Shown in pieces: positions 29,507 through 40,261 of a DNA stretch of 64,000 bases. Source of the DNA: a virus (Duplodnaviria > Caudoviricetes); IMG/VR virus record IMGVR_UViG_3300022848_000005. One strand, given 5' to 3'. Below the pieces are notes generated by a model. That model was not told the DNA's origin. It made no database searches and worked only from the letters and a program-made list of their open reading frames with translations. Every line of letters begins with the position of its first letter. The first letter of the stretch is position 1. The translations under genes and the position numbers were made by a program.

Positions 29507-29535
29507 AAGTGGGTACCCAGGTGGGTACCTGCTTT
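29507..29535 (+). terminator. Hairpin after gp32 (possible terminator)
   Basis: aagtgggtacc-caggtg-ggtacctgctt with G-U pairs; short U-tract. Confidence 0.4.
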
Positions 29536-29550
29536 AGTACTACGATAAAC

Positions 29551-30135
29551 ATGCTAACACAACTTGATTATGAACTGTTTCCTAACAACCCTGAGGTATA
29601 CAGACTACCGTCAGGAGAACTAGTGGCTAGAATATTTAAAAATGCAACTAGTAGTTTGGATAGACAAGGTTACGAGTTAGCTACACTAGACGAAATAGAA
29701 CAAGCAAATACAATTACAGCATATTGGCGAGAACCTGTAGCAAGGTTCTGTAGCGGAGTAAGTACGTTTGTTCAACAAACAGGCATCAGAGTAGAAGATG
29801 CTGTTCAATATCTATTTTTAAATAGGCACTATGCCCCACAGTTTTACAGTTTAATAAATCTTAGACGTTTTATGAACAGACATGCTTGTTTTAGTTTTAA
29901 GGAGTTAGGCGACATTGGTTCTATAACAGAGTTTCATGAAGTGCCTTACAGTAAAACAGAAGTGCCAATTACAGACAAAGTACATTTTTACCTAACGTGC
30001 GATAAGGTTGTCTGGGAAAAGTTTTTAGATACAACAGTGCATATTAACGAAGTATTACGTGTACTTAAATTATTTCATATAGGATACTATAAAGAAGTCT
30101 TTGAACATAGTAAAACAATAAATGCAAGCATTTAA
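29551..30135 (+). CDS. Sulfotransferase-family-like protein
   Basis: RIFKNATSSL (5'-PSB-like), REPVARFCSG (3'-PB-like) and RHYAPQ motifs. Confidence 0.55.
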   Translation: MLTQLDYELFPNNPEVYRLPSGELVARIFKNATSSLDRQGYELATLDEIEQANTITAYWREPVARFCSGVSTFVQQTGIRVEDAVQYLFLNRHYAPQFYSLINLRRFMNRHACFSFKELGDIGSITEFHEVPYSKTEVPITDKVHFYLTCDKVVWEKFLDTTVHINEVLRVLKLFHIGYYKEVFEHSKTINASI

Positions 30136-30637
30136 AGAACTAACGTGCCACAGTATTATGTACATACAGTACGAAGTTATGGAGCATCTTGCCAATTACG
30201 AGCTAGAAGAAGGCTGGAACGATATTGACGAAGCAACTTGTCTACGTAGTTGTCCTAGACTCATGCTATACCTGAAAGAACTTAAACTGGCTCCTAGAGA
30301 TATCGCATGTACATACCTTACTGAACACTTAGACTTGCACGTAGATGCCAAGCCGGTAGTGGCTAAACTTAATATACCAATACAACATTGTGTGGGCAAT
30401 ATAAACTACTGGTATGACGAGGACGTAAGTCACAGAAGAACTAAAAAAGATAAATTCAACAGAAACGTTCCTGACTTAGCAGGATGGGTACCAAAGTCTA
30501 ATATTATAACACATCAATTCTTTACAAAACCAATAGTGTTTAACAGCCAAATACCGCATGGTGTTAAAGTTACATACGGTCCACGTATAGTTTTAAGTAT
30601 AACATTTTTTAATGAGCCGTTAAATGAACTGCATTAG
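30122..30637 (+). CDS. Cupin/2OG-Fe(II) oxygenase-like protein
   Basis: LHVD (HxD), LNIPI, distal PHGV and PRIVLSI. Confidence 0.55.
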   Translation: MQAFKELTCHSIMYIQYEVMEHLANYELEEGWNDIDEATCLRSCPRLMLYLKELKLAPRDIACTYLTEHLDLHVDAKPVVAKLNIPIQHCVGNINYWYDEDVSHRRTKKDKFNRNVPDLAGWVPKSNIITHQFFTKPIVFNSQIPHGVKVTYGPRIVLSITFFNEPLNELH

Positions 30638-31571
30638 ATTCAAGCACTTTGCAAGACTTAACCCTGACGGCACAGTAAGCCGATGTGGTCACATGGTAAA
30701 ACCTCCTCGTTTTAATTCATTTAATGACATGAATAACAGTGACTGGAACAATAACTTAAAAGATTGGCCTGTCGAATGTGTTAGATGCAAAGTTAGCGAA
30801 AATCAGGGCAAAGAAAGTGTTAGGCAATTCAGTAACAAACAACATGAAGAACTATCTCAAGCTCATAAAGATTATCTAATCATTGGTGGAGTGTTGGATA
30901 ATATATGTAACTCTGCATGTCAACATTGTAATCCACACTTAAGCACAAAGTTTGGCGCCATTGCTAATAATAAGATAATAGTAGACAACACAGATAAATT
31001 TTACAACTTTCCGCAGGAACGTATTGTTAAGTTAGATATTAATGGTGGAGAGCCCACAGCAAGCCCCAACTACAAAAAATTACTGGAGTATTTGCCTGCT
31101 AACGTGCGTTATGTGAGAATAAACACAAACGGCAGTCTACGTATAGATCCAACGCCTTTGCTTAACCGTGGCATTGATGTTACAATAACTATGAGTTTAG
31201 ATGGCATAGACAAAGTACATGATTACTTACGTTGGCCCGTTGTTTGGAAGACATGGTTAAAACAATTTAACTATTACAACGAATTTAAAAACAAGAACTT
31301 CCATTTAGATGTATGGTCAACTATAAGTGCATTAAACCTTAAAGACTATCCTAACATCAAAAAGTTTACAGAAGATAAGGGTGTTAATTGGGCATGGGCA
31401 TTTTTAGAATCACCAGATGTATTAAGCATTAGACACACAAACTTTTTAACTGAACCTGCTAACGAGTTATTTGATGTGGTGGGGACAGAGCAAGACAACA
31501 GTCAGAAACTAACAGCGTGGTTAAAGTACCAGGATACTATTAGAAAAATCAATTACAAGGACTACTTATGA
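30624..31571 (+). CDS. Radical SAM protein with an N-terminal twitch/SPASM-like Cys region
   Basis: CNSACQHC (CX3CX2C), GGEP and INTNG motifs. Confidence 0.9.
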   Translation: MNCIRFKHFARLNPDGTVSRCGHMVKPPRFNSFNDMNNSDWNNNLKDWPVECVRCKVSENQGKESVRQFSNKQHEELSQAHKDYLIIGGVLDNICNSACQHCNPHLSTKFGAIANNKIIVDNTDKFYNFPQERIVKLDINGGEPTASPNYKKLLEYLPANVRYVRINTNGSLRIDPTPLLNRGIDVTITMSLDGIDKVHDYLRWPVVWKTWLKQFNYYNEFKNKNFHLDVWSTISALNLKDYPNIKKFTEDKGVNWAWAFLESPDVLSIRHTNFLTEPANELFDVVGTEQDNSQKLTAWLKYQDTIRKINYKDYL

Positions 31572-32089
31572 AAATAGCAATTACGGGTGGAACTAACGGT
31601 ATAGGTAAGGCATTACTAGAACATTACATTAAAAAAGGACACACTGTGATGGATTACAGTAAACGAAATGGTTGGGATATTATACACCATGAACGTATTG
31701 CTGAACGAGTAGCACAATGTGATTGGTTTTTTAATAATGCACAACAAGGTTATGCACAGACTGAGCTACTGTTTGGTGTATATGAGTACTGGAAGGATAA
31801 ACCAGGCAAAAAGATAATAAACATTAGCAGTATGATGGCTGGAATGACAGTTAGTTGCTTACCGGGTTACGACATGTTAAAGTATCATCATCAAAAGCGA
31901 ACGCTGGAAAGCGCAGTAGAAGTGTTACGAAATAAGATGACTTGGCCACAGCTAGTTACCGTACGACCTGGTAAAGTAGACACACAGGGAGAAGGCGGTG
32001 CTGATGTAACGGCCTGGGTAAGCAAATTGGTGCGTATACTTGAAGAAGACCAAGTTGGCATGGAAATATACGACATTAGTCTAGCATAA
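31568..32089 (+). CDS. Short-chain dehydrogenase/reductase
   Basis: IAITGGTNGIG, NNA, INISS and YHHQK (YxxxK). Confidence 0.88.
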   Translation: MKIAITGGTNGIGKALLEHYIKKGHTVMDYSKRNGWDIIHHERIAERVAQCDWFFNNAQQGYAQTELLFGVYEYWKDKPGKKIINISSMMAGMTVSCLPGYDMLKYHHQKRTLESAVEVLRNKMTWPQLVTVRPGKVDTQGEGGADVTAWVSKLVRILEEDQVGMEIYDISLA

Positions 32090-33243
32090 TGGACCCTAAA
32101 GAATACGTAACAAACAAAGTTAGGTGCCCGATCCCCTGGACCGGCATAATGATCAACCATGACGGACAAGTTAAGAATTGTATTAGAGCATACGAGGATA
32201 TAGGTGATTTAAAGACAACTCCCATTCGTGATATTGTATTAGGTAGTAAAAATATAGAGATACAACAGGCACATCAAAACAATAACAAGCACAATAGTTG
32301 CCAGGGGTGTCATAAGCTAGAAGAACAAAAAACAGACTTTAATATCATTAGCGACCGCAAGTATTACATTAAAGAAATGCGTAATGTAGACAAAGGCATA
32401 TACGATCATAATACACATGAACTACATCAGATAGATGTACGCTGGCAAAATACCTGTAACTTTGCTTGTATATATTGTGGTCCTGAATTTAGTAGTAAGT
32501 GGGCACAAGAGGTTAATATACACTTACCAACACCCAGCAAAGAAAACTATGACGACTTGCGTAACTATGTTTTTGACAATGTTAAAAACTTAAAGAACGT
32601 ATATCTAGCTGGTGGTGAGCCCATGCTAATGACAGAGAACGAAGAACTGTTAGAGCTACTGCTTAAACACAATCCCGACGTAAATCTACGCATTAACACT
32701 AACCTAAGTCATACTAACACACGAGTGTTTGATTTGGTATGTAAGTTTAAAAACGTACACTGGATTGTGAGTGCAGAGACCATGGGAGATGACTATGAGT
32801 ACATACGTTATGGTGGTCAATGGGCAACATTCTGTCATAACCTACGTTGGATCAAGGACTTAGACCATAAGATAACATTTAACATGTTGTACTTTGCTCT
32901 TAATGCATTTACCGTCTTTTATTTTATTGAAAAGTTTAAAAATGACTGGAACTTTCATCCAAATGCATTTGTAATTGGGCCCGTTTTACAACCTGAAGCA
33001 CTTAACGTTCGGCATCTTCCTAAATTGACATTAGATAGGATTGGTGTTATACTACAAGAGAAGATTAACGAACACCCTGGATATCTATTAGAAGATAGTT
33101 ATAGGAATTTATTGAGGTATATACAAGAGCCGTTTAAAAAAGATCCAAACAGCACTGTAGATTTTTTAAAGGAAATAGACGCTCGTAGAGGCACAGACAG
33201 CGAGCAGGCATTCCCTTACATATATAAACTAATGAGGCAATAA
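32089..33243 (+). CDS. Radical SAM protein with an N-terminal twitch domain
   Basis: CPIPW...NC...CQGC; CNFACIYC, SS.W, GGEP and NTN. Confidence 0.92.
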   Translation: MDPKEYVTNKVRCPIPWTGIMINHDGQVKNCIRAYEDIGDLKTTPIRDIVLGSKNIEIQQAHQNNNKHNSCQGCHKLEEQKTDFNIISDRKYYIKEMRNVDKGIYDHNTHELHQIDVRWQNTCNFACIYCGPEFSSKWAQEVNIHLPTPSKENYDDLRNYVFDNVKNLKNVYLAGGEPMLMTENEELLELLLKHNPDVNLRINTNLSHTNTRVFDLVCKFKNVHWIVSAETMGDDYEYIRYGGQWATFCHNLRWIKDLDHKITFNMLYFALNAFTVFYFIEKFKNDWNFHPNAFVIGPVLQPEALNVRHLPKLTLDRIGVILQEKINEHPGYLLEDSYRNLLRYIQEPFKKDPNSTVDFLKEIDARRGTDSEQAFPYIYKLMRQ

Positions 33244-33244
33244 C

Positions 33245-34342
33245 ATGGCACAAAAACCCTTTGATGTATCAAAATTTAGAAAAGGCTTAACCAAAAGTAT
33301 TGAAGGTATCAGTTTTGGATTTAATGATCCAACAGATTGGATCAGCACAGGCAACTATGCACTAAACTATCTTATCAGTGGCGACTTTAACAAAGGTGTG
33401 CCACTAGGTAAAGTTACAGTGTTTGCCGGGGAGTCTGGCGCAGGTAAAAGTTATATTTGCGCAGGTAATATTGTAAAAGAAGCACAAGCACAGGGTATCT
33501 TTGTTATCTTAATCGACACTGAAAACGCACTTGATGAGAATTGGTTAAAAGCACTTGACGTTGACACCAGCGCCGACAAACTGCTAAAACTTAACATGGC
33601 CATGGTTGATGATGTTGCTAAAACAGTAAGTGACTTTATGATAGAGTATAAAACACTACCGTCAGATGACAGGCCTAAAGTATTGTTTGTTATTGACAGT
33701 TTGGGTATGTTGTTAACACCTACAGATGTTGACCAGTTTAACAAAGGTGATATGAAGGGTGACATGGGTCGTAAGCCCAAGGCACTAACATCACTAGTAC
33801 GTAACTGTGTAAACATGTTTGGTAACGCTAACGTAGGGCTTGTAGCAACCAACCATACATATGCAAGTCAGGACATGTTTGACCCTGATGACAAAATATC
33901 AGGTGGACAAGGCTTTATCTATGCAAGCAGTATTGTTGTTGCAATGAAGAAGATGAAACTTAAAGAAGACGAAGACGGTAACAAGATATCAGAAGTAAAA
34001 GGTATTAGAGCAGGCTGTAAGATAATGAAGACTCGTTACGCAAAACCATTTGAAGGCATACAAGTTAAAATACCGTATGAAACCGGTATGAATCCATATA
34101 GTGGACTGGTGGACCTGTGTGAGAAAAAGAGTTTATTGGTGAGAGAAGGCAACAGCCTTAAATACACAACTTCAGCAGGTGATGAAATCAAACAGTTCCG
34201 CAAGGCTTGGGAACGCAATGAAGGCGGATGTTTAGATACAATCATGAATGATTGGGACACTAAGGCCCTGGCCCTCACGCACAAAACAACTGATAACGAT
34301 CCGGAAGTAGCAGATGCAAATTCTATTGCAGAAGAAGTATAG
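33245..34342 (+). CDS. uvsX: RecA/UvsX recombinase
   Basis: FAGESGAGKS Walker A, LIDTENA, VIDSLG, NHTY and SGG motifs. Confidence 0.95.
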   Translation: MAQKPFDVSKFRKGLTKSIEGISFGFNDPTDWISTGNYALNYLISGDFNKGVPLGKVTVFAGESGAGKSYICAGNIVKEAQAQGIFVILIDTENALDENWLKALDVDTSADKLLKLNMAMVDDVAKTVSDFMIEYKTLPSDDRPKVLFVIDSLGMLLTPTDVDQFNKGDMKGDMGRKPKALTSLVRNCVNMFGNANVGLVATNHTYASQDMFDPDDKISGGQGFIYASSIVVAMKKMKLKEDEDGNKISEVKGIRAGCKIMKTRYAKPFEGIQVKIPYETGMNPYSGLVDLCEKKSLLVREGNSLKYTTSAGDEIKQFRKAWERNEGGCLDTIMNDWDTKALALTHKTTDNDPEVADANSIAEEV

Positions 34343-35690
34343 TGAGCTACTAACCCAACCTGTTAATCAAATATACAGAGAACTTAAATCTGTTTACAAG
34401 CATGCGTTTGCAGACAACGAACGCATTCTTTTTATTGATGATGTAGAGGGTACAGATGCTAAGTCTAATTTAGAGTTTTATTTAGATAAACTTCTAGATC
34501 ACCTAGACATTGACAGGTTCTTTATACAAACGGTTAACAGAGGTAGCCAAACTATAGCTAACCCTACTAACTATCACATACCGGACTCAGTGTGCATAAC
34601 ACCCTGGTTAAGTCTGGAAGTGGATGTTGATAGTAAACTGCACCGTTGTTGCTTGTGGGACAGAGAAAAAGGCACTACTTCAGACAGTCTTGTGGAATAT
34701 TTTAAAAGCACAGAACAGGTCCAGTTGAAGCAGGACTTCTTACAGGGTAAACGCCCTGACGCATGCAATAAGTGTTGGCAACTAGAATCAGCAGGTGGTA
34801 CAAGTAAACGGTTAGCAGACAACTATGTGTTTAGGGATCACAAATTTGATATAGACTACAACGACACAACATCTAGTCGGATAGTTAACTTAGACATTAA
34901 GTTAGGTAACAAGTGTAATCTGGCATGCAGGATATGTGGCCCAAGATGCAGTAGTACTTGGTCACGGTTTGCTGATGCCGTTACTGTGGAGTTTAATTGG
35001 TTAGAAAACGAGTCCAGTGCGTTTTGGTCAGACATAATAGATATCAGTGAAGACGTTAAGTACATTACCTTTGCAGGTGGTGAACCGCTACTAGACAAGA
35101 CACATAGAAAACTGTTACAATACTTTATTGACACAGGGTTAAGCGAAGACATTGCACTTCATTACAACACTAACGGTACAGTATTTGCAGATTTTCTCTT
35201 TGATTATTGGGACCAGTTTAAGTCTGTTGAGTTAAGTTTTAGTATAGACGCAGTCGGTAAAAGATTTGAGTATGAACGTTTTGGTATGATCTGGGATAAG
35301 GTACATGCTAATTTACAGCGTTACAGTAAAACGGATTATACATGTAACCTTTACGCTACACTAACAGCTCTTAATGTTATGTACAGTGATGAGATATACG
35401 AATACTCTGAACAGTTAGGTTGTGGTATTACCTATAATTTATTAACAGATCCAGAGGATCTTGCAGTAACAAACTTGCCCGTTAAGACAAAGTTACATAT
35501 TAAAAATAAATTACTAGCGTTAGACATAAATGGATTTAAAGAAAAAATAATACCTGTAATTAGTATGATGGAAACAAAAAGTAGTATAAGTAGTTTACAA
35601 GAATTTTTGTTGCCTCAAGACTTTAAACGAGCTCAGCGTTTTGAGGACTATTACCCTGAGCTACACTCGGAGATAACTAAATGTCAATAG
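34314..35690 (+). CDS. Radical SAM protein with a twitch domain and an extra N-terminal domain
   Basis: CITPW...RCC...CNKCW; CNLACRIC, SSTW, GGEP and YNTNG. Confidence 0.92.
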   Translation: MQILLQKKYSELLTQPVNQIYRELKSVYKHAFADNERILFIDDVEGTDAKSNLEFYLDKLLDHLDIDRFFIQTVNRGSQTIANPTNYHIPDSVCITPWLSLEVDVDSKLHRCCLWDREKGTTSDSLVEYFKSTEQVQLKQDFLQGKRPDACNKCWQLESAGGTSKRLADNYVFRDHKFDIDYNDTTSSRIVNLDIKLGNKCNLACRICGPRCSSTWSRFADAVTVEFNWLENESSAFWSDIIDISEDVKYITFAGGEPLLDKTHRKLLQYFIDTGLSEDIALHYNTNGTVFADFLFDYWDQFKSVELSFSIDAVGKRFEYERFGMIWDKVHANLQRYSKTDYTCNLYATLTALNVMYSDEIYEYSEQLGCGITYNLLTDPEDLAVTNLPVKTKLHIKNKLLALDINGFKEKIIPVISMMETKSSISSLQEFLLPQDFKRAQRFEDYYPELHSEITKCQ

Positions 35691-35929
35691 AATTAGACGT
35701 ATTAACAGAAACATATTTGATCCTTAAAGAATATGTGCCTGCTAAGGATAGACAAGCGGCGGCAGATCAATTGTTAGGTAACTTAGTGGATATGGAAATG
35801 GCAGACGAAGAATTTGAAAAATTTTGTGGTACTGATTCTTATTTAAAAAATGCATCGGAGGATTATCTTAATGATGATACAGACGACGACGACGACAACA
35901 ATTTTGACGAATCTGACTCTGACACATAA
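35681..35929 (+). CDS. Small acidic conserved protein
   Basis: 82-aa ORF with a poly-D tail, coupled on both sides. Confidence 0.7.
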   Translation: MSIELDVLTETYLILKEYVPAKDRQAAADQLLGNLVDMEMADEEFEKFCGTDSYLKNASEDYLNDDTDDDDDNNFDESDSDT

Positions 35930-36381
35930 TGTGGTATAATAAAGTAGTACAGGATCTTTCCTTTATTCCAGACTGTATCAACCACTACTACACTGAGCTG
36001 GAGGATGCCAAGAAAGAAGTTAGAATATGGGGCAATATTGAAAAGTCCTTGACCAACTTACCTGGTATTACTGAGCATAGATTTAATCAACTGCAGGAAA
36101 TAGAAGCAGTATTAAACTATCTAAACATACAACTTCGTAAGATTCGACGTAAATGGTTTAAGAAATATCTAGAAGGATATCAGCGAGCACTTAGTGCTAG
36201 AGATGCAGAAAAGTATGTTGATGGCGAAGACGAAGTCATTGACTTTGAAACCTTAATTAACGAAGTAGCATTGTTGCGCAACAAGTGGTTGGGTATTATG
36301 AAAGGTTTAGAAACCAAGCAATGGCAACTAGGTCATATAACTAGACTGAGAACAGCAGGAATGGAGGACGTATCATTATGA
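35929..36381 (+). CDS. uvsY: Recombination mediator UvsY-like
   Basis: KY...Y..ALS.RDAEKYVDGE...KGLE.KQWQL..I..LR.AG motif; near UvsX. Confidence 0.7.
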   Translation: MWYNKVVQDLSFIPDCINHYYTELEDAKKEVRIWGNIEKSLTNLPGITEHRFNQLQEIEAVLNYLNIQLRKIRRKWFKKYLEGYQRALSARDAEKYVDGEDEVIDFETLINEVALLRNKWLGIMKGLETKQWQLGHITRLRTAGMEDVSL

Positions 36382-37133
36382 ACCAGTTCACTCCAGAAGA
36401 GAGTCACCAACAAAGTTTATTCACGCTACACGAACTACAACAACACGACGATTTATTGGACAGTATTAAGAGTATTGCAGACGTTGGATGTGGCACTGGG
36501 TTAGATATCAAGTGGTGGGCAGAGAATCATAACCGTGAAGAGGACCAAACGCCACGAAATATCAAGTGTTATGCTGTAGATCTAGCACCCAAACTTAACT
36601 ACGATATTCCCAAGAACTTACATGTTATAGAAAACGATTTTACTAAGGAACCATTCTTGCCTGTAAAGGTGGATATGATATGGAGTCATAACAGTTTAGG
36701 ACATGCCATTAATCCATACGAAACACTAGCAGTCTGGAATAGACAAATGAATGCAGGCGGTATAATCTGTGTTATCCTACCGCAAATGCACAACGTCGAA
36801 TATAACAGAGTACACTGCCACCACTTTCCAGGATATTTTTACAATTTTAATATAATTAATTTAGTTTATATGCTGGCATGTGCTGGATTCGACTGTAAGG
36901 ATGGATTGTTCTATAAAGCAAAAAATGACCCCTGGTTACACGCTATTGCATACAAGTCTAAATACACGCCTATGGATCCACTTACTACCTCTTGGCATGA
37001 TTTAAGCGAACGGGAGTTACTGCCAGACAGTTTTAACGAGAGTTTACAGCGTACCAATACCATTACAAATCAGCCGCATCTAATACTACGATGGGCTAAT
37101 GGTTCAAAATTTGATTTAGCAAATACTGCCTAA
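36378..37133 (+). CDS. Class I SAM-dependent methyltransferase
   Basis: IADVGCGTG motif I; VDL; D.IWSH..L.H. Confidence 0.85.
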   Translation: MNQFTPEESHQQSLFTLHELQQHDDLLDSIKSIADVGCGTGLDIKWWAENHNREEDQTPRNIKCYAVDLAPKLNYDIPKNLHVIENDFTKEPFLPVKVDMIWSHNSLGHAINPYETLAVWNRQMNAGGIICVILPQMHNVEYNRVHCHHFPGYFYNFNIINLVYMLACAGFDCKDGLFYKAKNDPWLHAIAYKSKYTPMDPLTTSWHDLSERELLPDSFNESLQRTNTITNQPHLILRWANGSKFDLANTA

Positions 37134-37962
37134 TCCTACACCAAGGTTCTCCCTCGTGTATTTCATCAATAAACCATTCTGTGTTTAGTATTCTATTAAA
37201 CCAGTCTTGTCTGACAGAATCCAACGGCGTAACTAGACTATAGTCTGTACTGGCAACTGTACTGGCAAGGCTCTCAGGTTCTACCATAGCAGGAACCCCA
37301 TTGATAATTGCTTCCACTGCTGACCCACCGGTTGGACTAATAACACAGTAAGCATCATCTAATATATCTAAAAAATCAGTATCGTCCGATGTGCCTTTTT
37401 TATTTGCGACACCTACTTCATACTTGCTGTGTATGCTTCTGTGAATAGTATACCTTGGGTGTGGTCTGACAACAATTTGCTTGCCAGGACACGACAACTT
37501 TATTTTATCGACAATCTGTTCTAACCAGACCTCAGTAACAGGCATGTTTCTCCACAACTGGCTATATTGATTTTGACAGCACACAACAACTTTGTTTCCT
37601 TGACCTTGGAAATCTTTTAGAACTAGATTAAATCGTTCTGATCTGCCTGGAATAATGTCATGATCCAAGTGACCATAGTAGCCTGTATTATCGATGTGGT
37701 TAACACTGATTCGCCAGGATTGATTACGTCGAAGTACACCTACTTCTATGATAACAACTGGTTTGTTCTGTTTCCTATAATGGTCATATACTTTTTGATT
37801 TGCTCGCATACGTCCGTCCCAGAGCACACTCCATATTACGGCGGCATCAGCGTCCATGTCATCATGTGTTACTTGGTCCGTTTTTAATACGGTGTGCTCG
37901 AATGCCTTATAAATATCTTGACCAGCAAGCGCAACATTGTTGTGCCAAAAACTAATTTTCAT
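37096..37962 (-). CDS. KpsS/KpsC-like (capsule-biosynthesis GT-B) protein
   Basis: VVRPHPR...DDAYCVI...SAVEAIINGVP; TAAATA 6 nt upstream. Confidence 0.6.
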   Translation of the reverse strand: MKISFWHNNVALAGQDIYKAFEHTVLKTDQVTHDDMDADAAVIWSVLWDGRMRANQKVYDHYRKQNKPVVIIEVGVLRRNQSWRISVNHIDNTGYYGHLDHDIIPGRSERFNLVLKDFQGQGNKVVVCCQNQYSQLWRNMPVTEVWLEQIVDKIKLSCPGKQIVVRPHPRYTIHRSIHSKYEVGVANKKGTSDDTDFLDILDDAYCVISPTGGSAVEAIINGVPAMVEPESLASTVASTDYSLVTPLDSVRQDWFNRILNTEWFIDEIHEGEPWCRIRQYLLNQILNH

Positions 37963-37976
37963 AACACATATTTAAT

Positions 37977-39452
37977 ATGATACTAGGCGTAAGTTACGGT
38001 TTCCACGATGCAGGAGTAACACTAATCGACGGAAACGAAATTCTATTTGCAGGACATGCAGAGCGTTACAGCAAGAATAAGCACGACGCCAAGCTCAACA
38101 AAGCAATATTTCAGGAAGCCTTTCGGTATGGTGAACCTAATAGAATTATCTATTACGAAAACCCCTGGAATAAAAAACTACGACAAGCATTTGCAGGACA
38201 ATGGCAGGATGCTTTACAGTGGCCCAGTGTAAAGAAAGAACTACAACACCTAACAGGACTTAACAACTGCCCTATATACTATGCTGATCATCATGAAGCA
38301 CACGCCGCCGCAGGCTTCGCTACAAGCCCATTTGAGAGTGCCGCAGTTGTGGTAGTAGATGCTATTGGTGAGTGGGACACAATGAGTATATGGCAGGCTT
38401 ATATGGAAGGAGACTCAGTTCAATATGAAAAACTTTGGTCAAACACATATCCGCACAGTATTGGGCTTATGTACTCTGCATTTACACAACGTCTGGGCCT
38501 TAGACCTCTAGATGAGGAATATATCCTAATGGGTATGAGTGCGTATGGTGACGGATCGTTATTAAGTAGTACTATCAAGAGTGACCTAATAAGTGACCTT
38601 AGGCAGTTAAAATTTAGCAAAAACTTGCACTTGGGTATAGAAAAAGACTACTTAAAAGACTCTAAAGACGTCGATATTGCCGCAGGTGTACAAATAGTAA
38701 CGGAACAACTGTTAGATACTATATTTCATAAAGCATGGGATATAACTGGTGAACGCAATGTTGTGTTTATGGGCGGAGTGGCACTTAATTGTGTAGCCAA
38801 CCGAAACATTGGCAAATATTTTGAAAACATTTGGGTTATGCCTAATCCTGGAGATGCTGGTAGTAGTTTAGGAGCCGCCGCAGTATTAGATGGTGGTAAA
38901 TTAAACTGGAAGCATTCTTATTTAGGCACTGATATACCTGGTGAGTACCCTGTACGGCGTCTAGTAAACTATCTTAAAAAGAATAAGATTGCAGGCGTAG
39001 CAAGTGGTAGAGCAGAGTTTGGTCCTAGAGCATTAGGTCACCGCAGTTTATTAGCAGACCCACGTGGTGCAGAAATTAAAGATGCTGTAAACAAGATTAA
39101 AAAGCGACAACTATTCAGACCATTCGCTCCTGCCATACTTGCTGAACACGTTAACGACTATTTTAAAATGCCCATGTCATGGCATGATAGTCCCTACATG
39201 CAAGTAGTTGCTCGGTGTAAAAAGCCCACAGAGTTTCCTGCTATTGTGCATGTAGACGGAACTAGTCGTGTGCAAACAGTTAGCAAAGATGATAGTCCAG
39301 GATTTAGACAACTACTTGAGACATGGTATAAAGAAACAGGTTGCCCTATGTTGTTAAACACCAGTTTAAACATTAGGGGAGAGCCTATGGTAGATGATCG
39401 TAAAGATGCAGATAGGTTTGAGGAGAAGTACGGAGTTAAAGTCTTCTCATGA
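37977..39452 (+). CDS. Carbamoyltransferase (NodU/CmcH family)
   Basis: HDAG, ERYS..KHD, HH.AHAA, DAIGE, GGVALNC, GDAG, EFGPRALG.RS, RPFAP, H.DGTSR.QT and LLNTSLN..GEP. Confidence 0.95.
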   Translation: MILGVSYGFHDAGVTLIDGNEILFAGHAERYSKNKHDAKLNKAIFQEAFRYGEPNRIIYYENPWNKKLRQAFAGQWQDALQWPSVKKELQHLTGLNNCPIYYADHHEAHAAAGFATSPFESAAVVVVDAIGEWDTMSIWQAYMEGDSVQYEKLWSNTYPHSIGLMYSAFTQRLGLRPLDEEYILMGMSAYGDGSLLSSTIKSDLISDLRQLKFSKNLHLGIEKDYLKDSKDVDIAAGVQIVTEQLLDTIFHKAWDITGERNVVFMGGVALNCVANRNIGKYFENIWVMPNPGDAGSSLGAAAVLDGGKLNWKHSYLGTDIPGEYPVRRLVNYLKKNKIAGVASGRAEFGPRALGHRSLLADPRGAEIKDAVNKIKKRQLFRPFAPAILAEHVNDYFKMPMSWHDSPYMQVVARCKKPTEFPAIVHVDGTSRVQTVSKDDSPGFRQLLETWYKETGCPMLLNTSLNIRGEPMVDDRKDADRFEEKYGVKVFS

Positions 39453-40261
39453 ACTTGTATTGCCCAGGGCATAAGGTAGACAGCAAAGCCTACAGTGTAA
39501 TGAATCCACTACATGAATGTTACGGCTTTAGAAAAATTTTAGACCACACATGGGATCAAACAGGTCCCAGTTTCTTTTGGGGGTTTGTGGGCAAGAACTT
39601 TCAATTGGTTAAAGACCATCAGCAACTTGGTATAGACTGGTACTTTACAGACATGCCCTATTGGGGTAGATGGAACGGATTAAAAGAAGCACTTGACCCC
39701 TCACAGGATTTTTACTGGCGTGTTGTGCCCAACGCAACACATTGTAATTGGATAGGTGACTATCCCAATGATAGGTTTAAACGATTAGGAGTAACAGTAT
39801 ATGATTGGCAAACTAGTGGTGATCACATTTTGGTGTGTCCTAGCAGTTCTACTATGGAACGTTTTGTAGACCAAACAGGTTGGTTAGAACGCACAATACA
39901 AACTCTTCGTAAGTTTACAGATAGACCAATAAAAGTAAGACACAAGCCCAGAGGTAAAGGCACAAGCGGACCAGCCGCCGCTTTAATACCGTTTGCAGAA
40001 GAAGCACGTAATGCTCACGCTGTTGTAACAACTTTAAGTATGGCTGCCGTAGAAGCCGCCTGTTTAGGTATACCTGTATTCTGTCACGAACAAGGTCCTG
40101 CAAAACCAATAGCATTAACAGACTTAAGTAAAATAGAATCTCCCGTCAGACCTGATCGCACACCCTGGTTAAATACACTAAGCTATTTTCAATTTACAGA
40201 ACAAGAGTTACGTCAAGGCATAGACAAGATCAATGATAATATCGTTTTTACCAAAAAATAA
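39449..40261 (+). CDS. KpsS-like protein, paralogue 2
   Basis: ILVCPSS...VRHKPR...AHAVVT..SMAAVEAACLGIPVF. Confidence 0.55.
   Translation: MNLYCPGHKVDSKAYSVMNPLHECYGFRKILDHTWDQTGPSFFWGFVGKNFQLVKDHQQLGIDWYFTDMPYWGRWNGLKEALDPSQDFYWRVVPNATHCNWIGDYPNDRFKRLGVTVYDWQTSGDHILVCPSSSTMERFVDQTGWLERTIQTLRKFTDRPIKVRHKPRGKGTSGPAAALIPFAEEARNAHAVVTTLSMAAVEAACLGIPVFCHEQGPAKPIALTDLSKIESPVRPDRTPWLNTLSYFQFTEQELRQGIDKINDNIVFTKK

Noticed and set aside
31568-32089. SDR as the missing ColC reductase
   Set aside because: It is a short classical SDR of 173 aa, not an extended GDP-fucose-synthase-type enzyme, and it lies 9 kb from colD.
13679-34342. Introns or inteins in sheath, terL or uvsX
   Set aside because: The reading frames are continuous, with expected motif order and no splicing or intein signatures.
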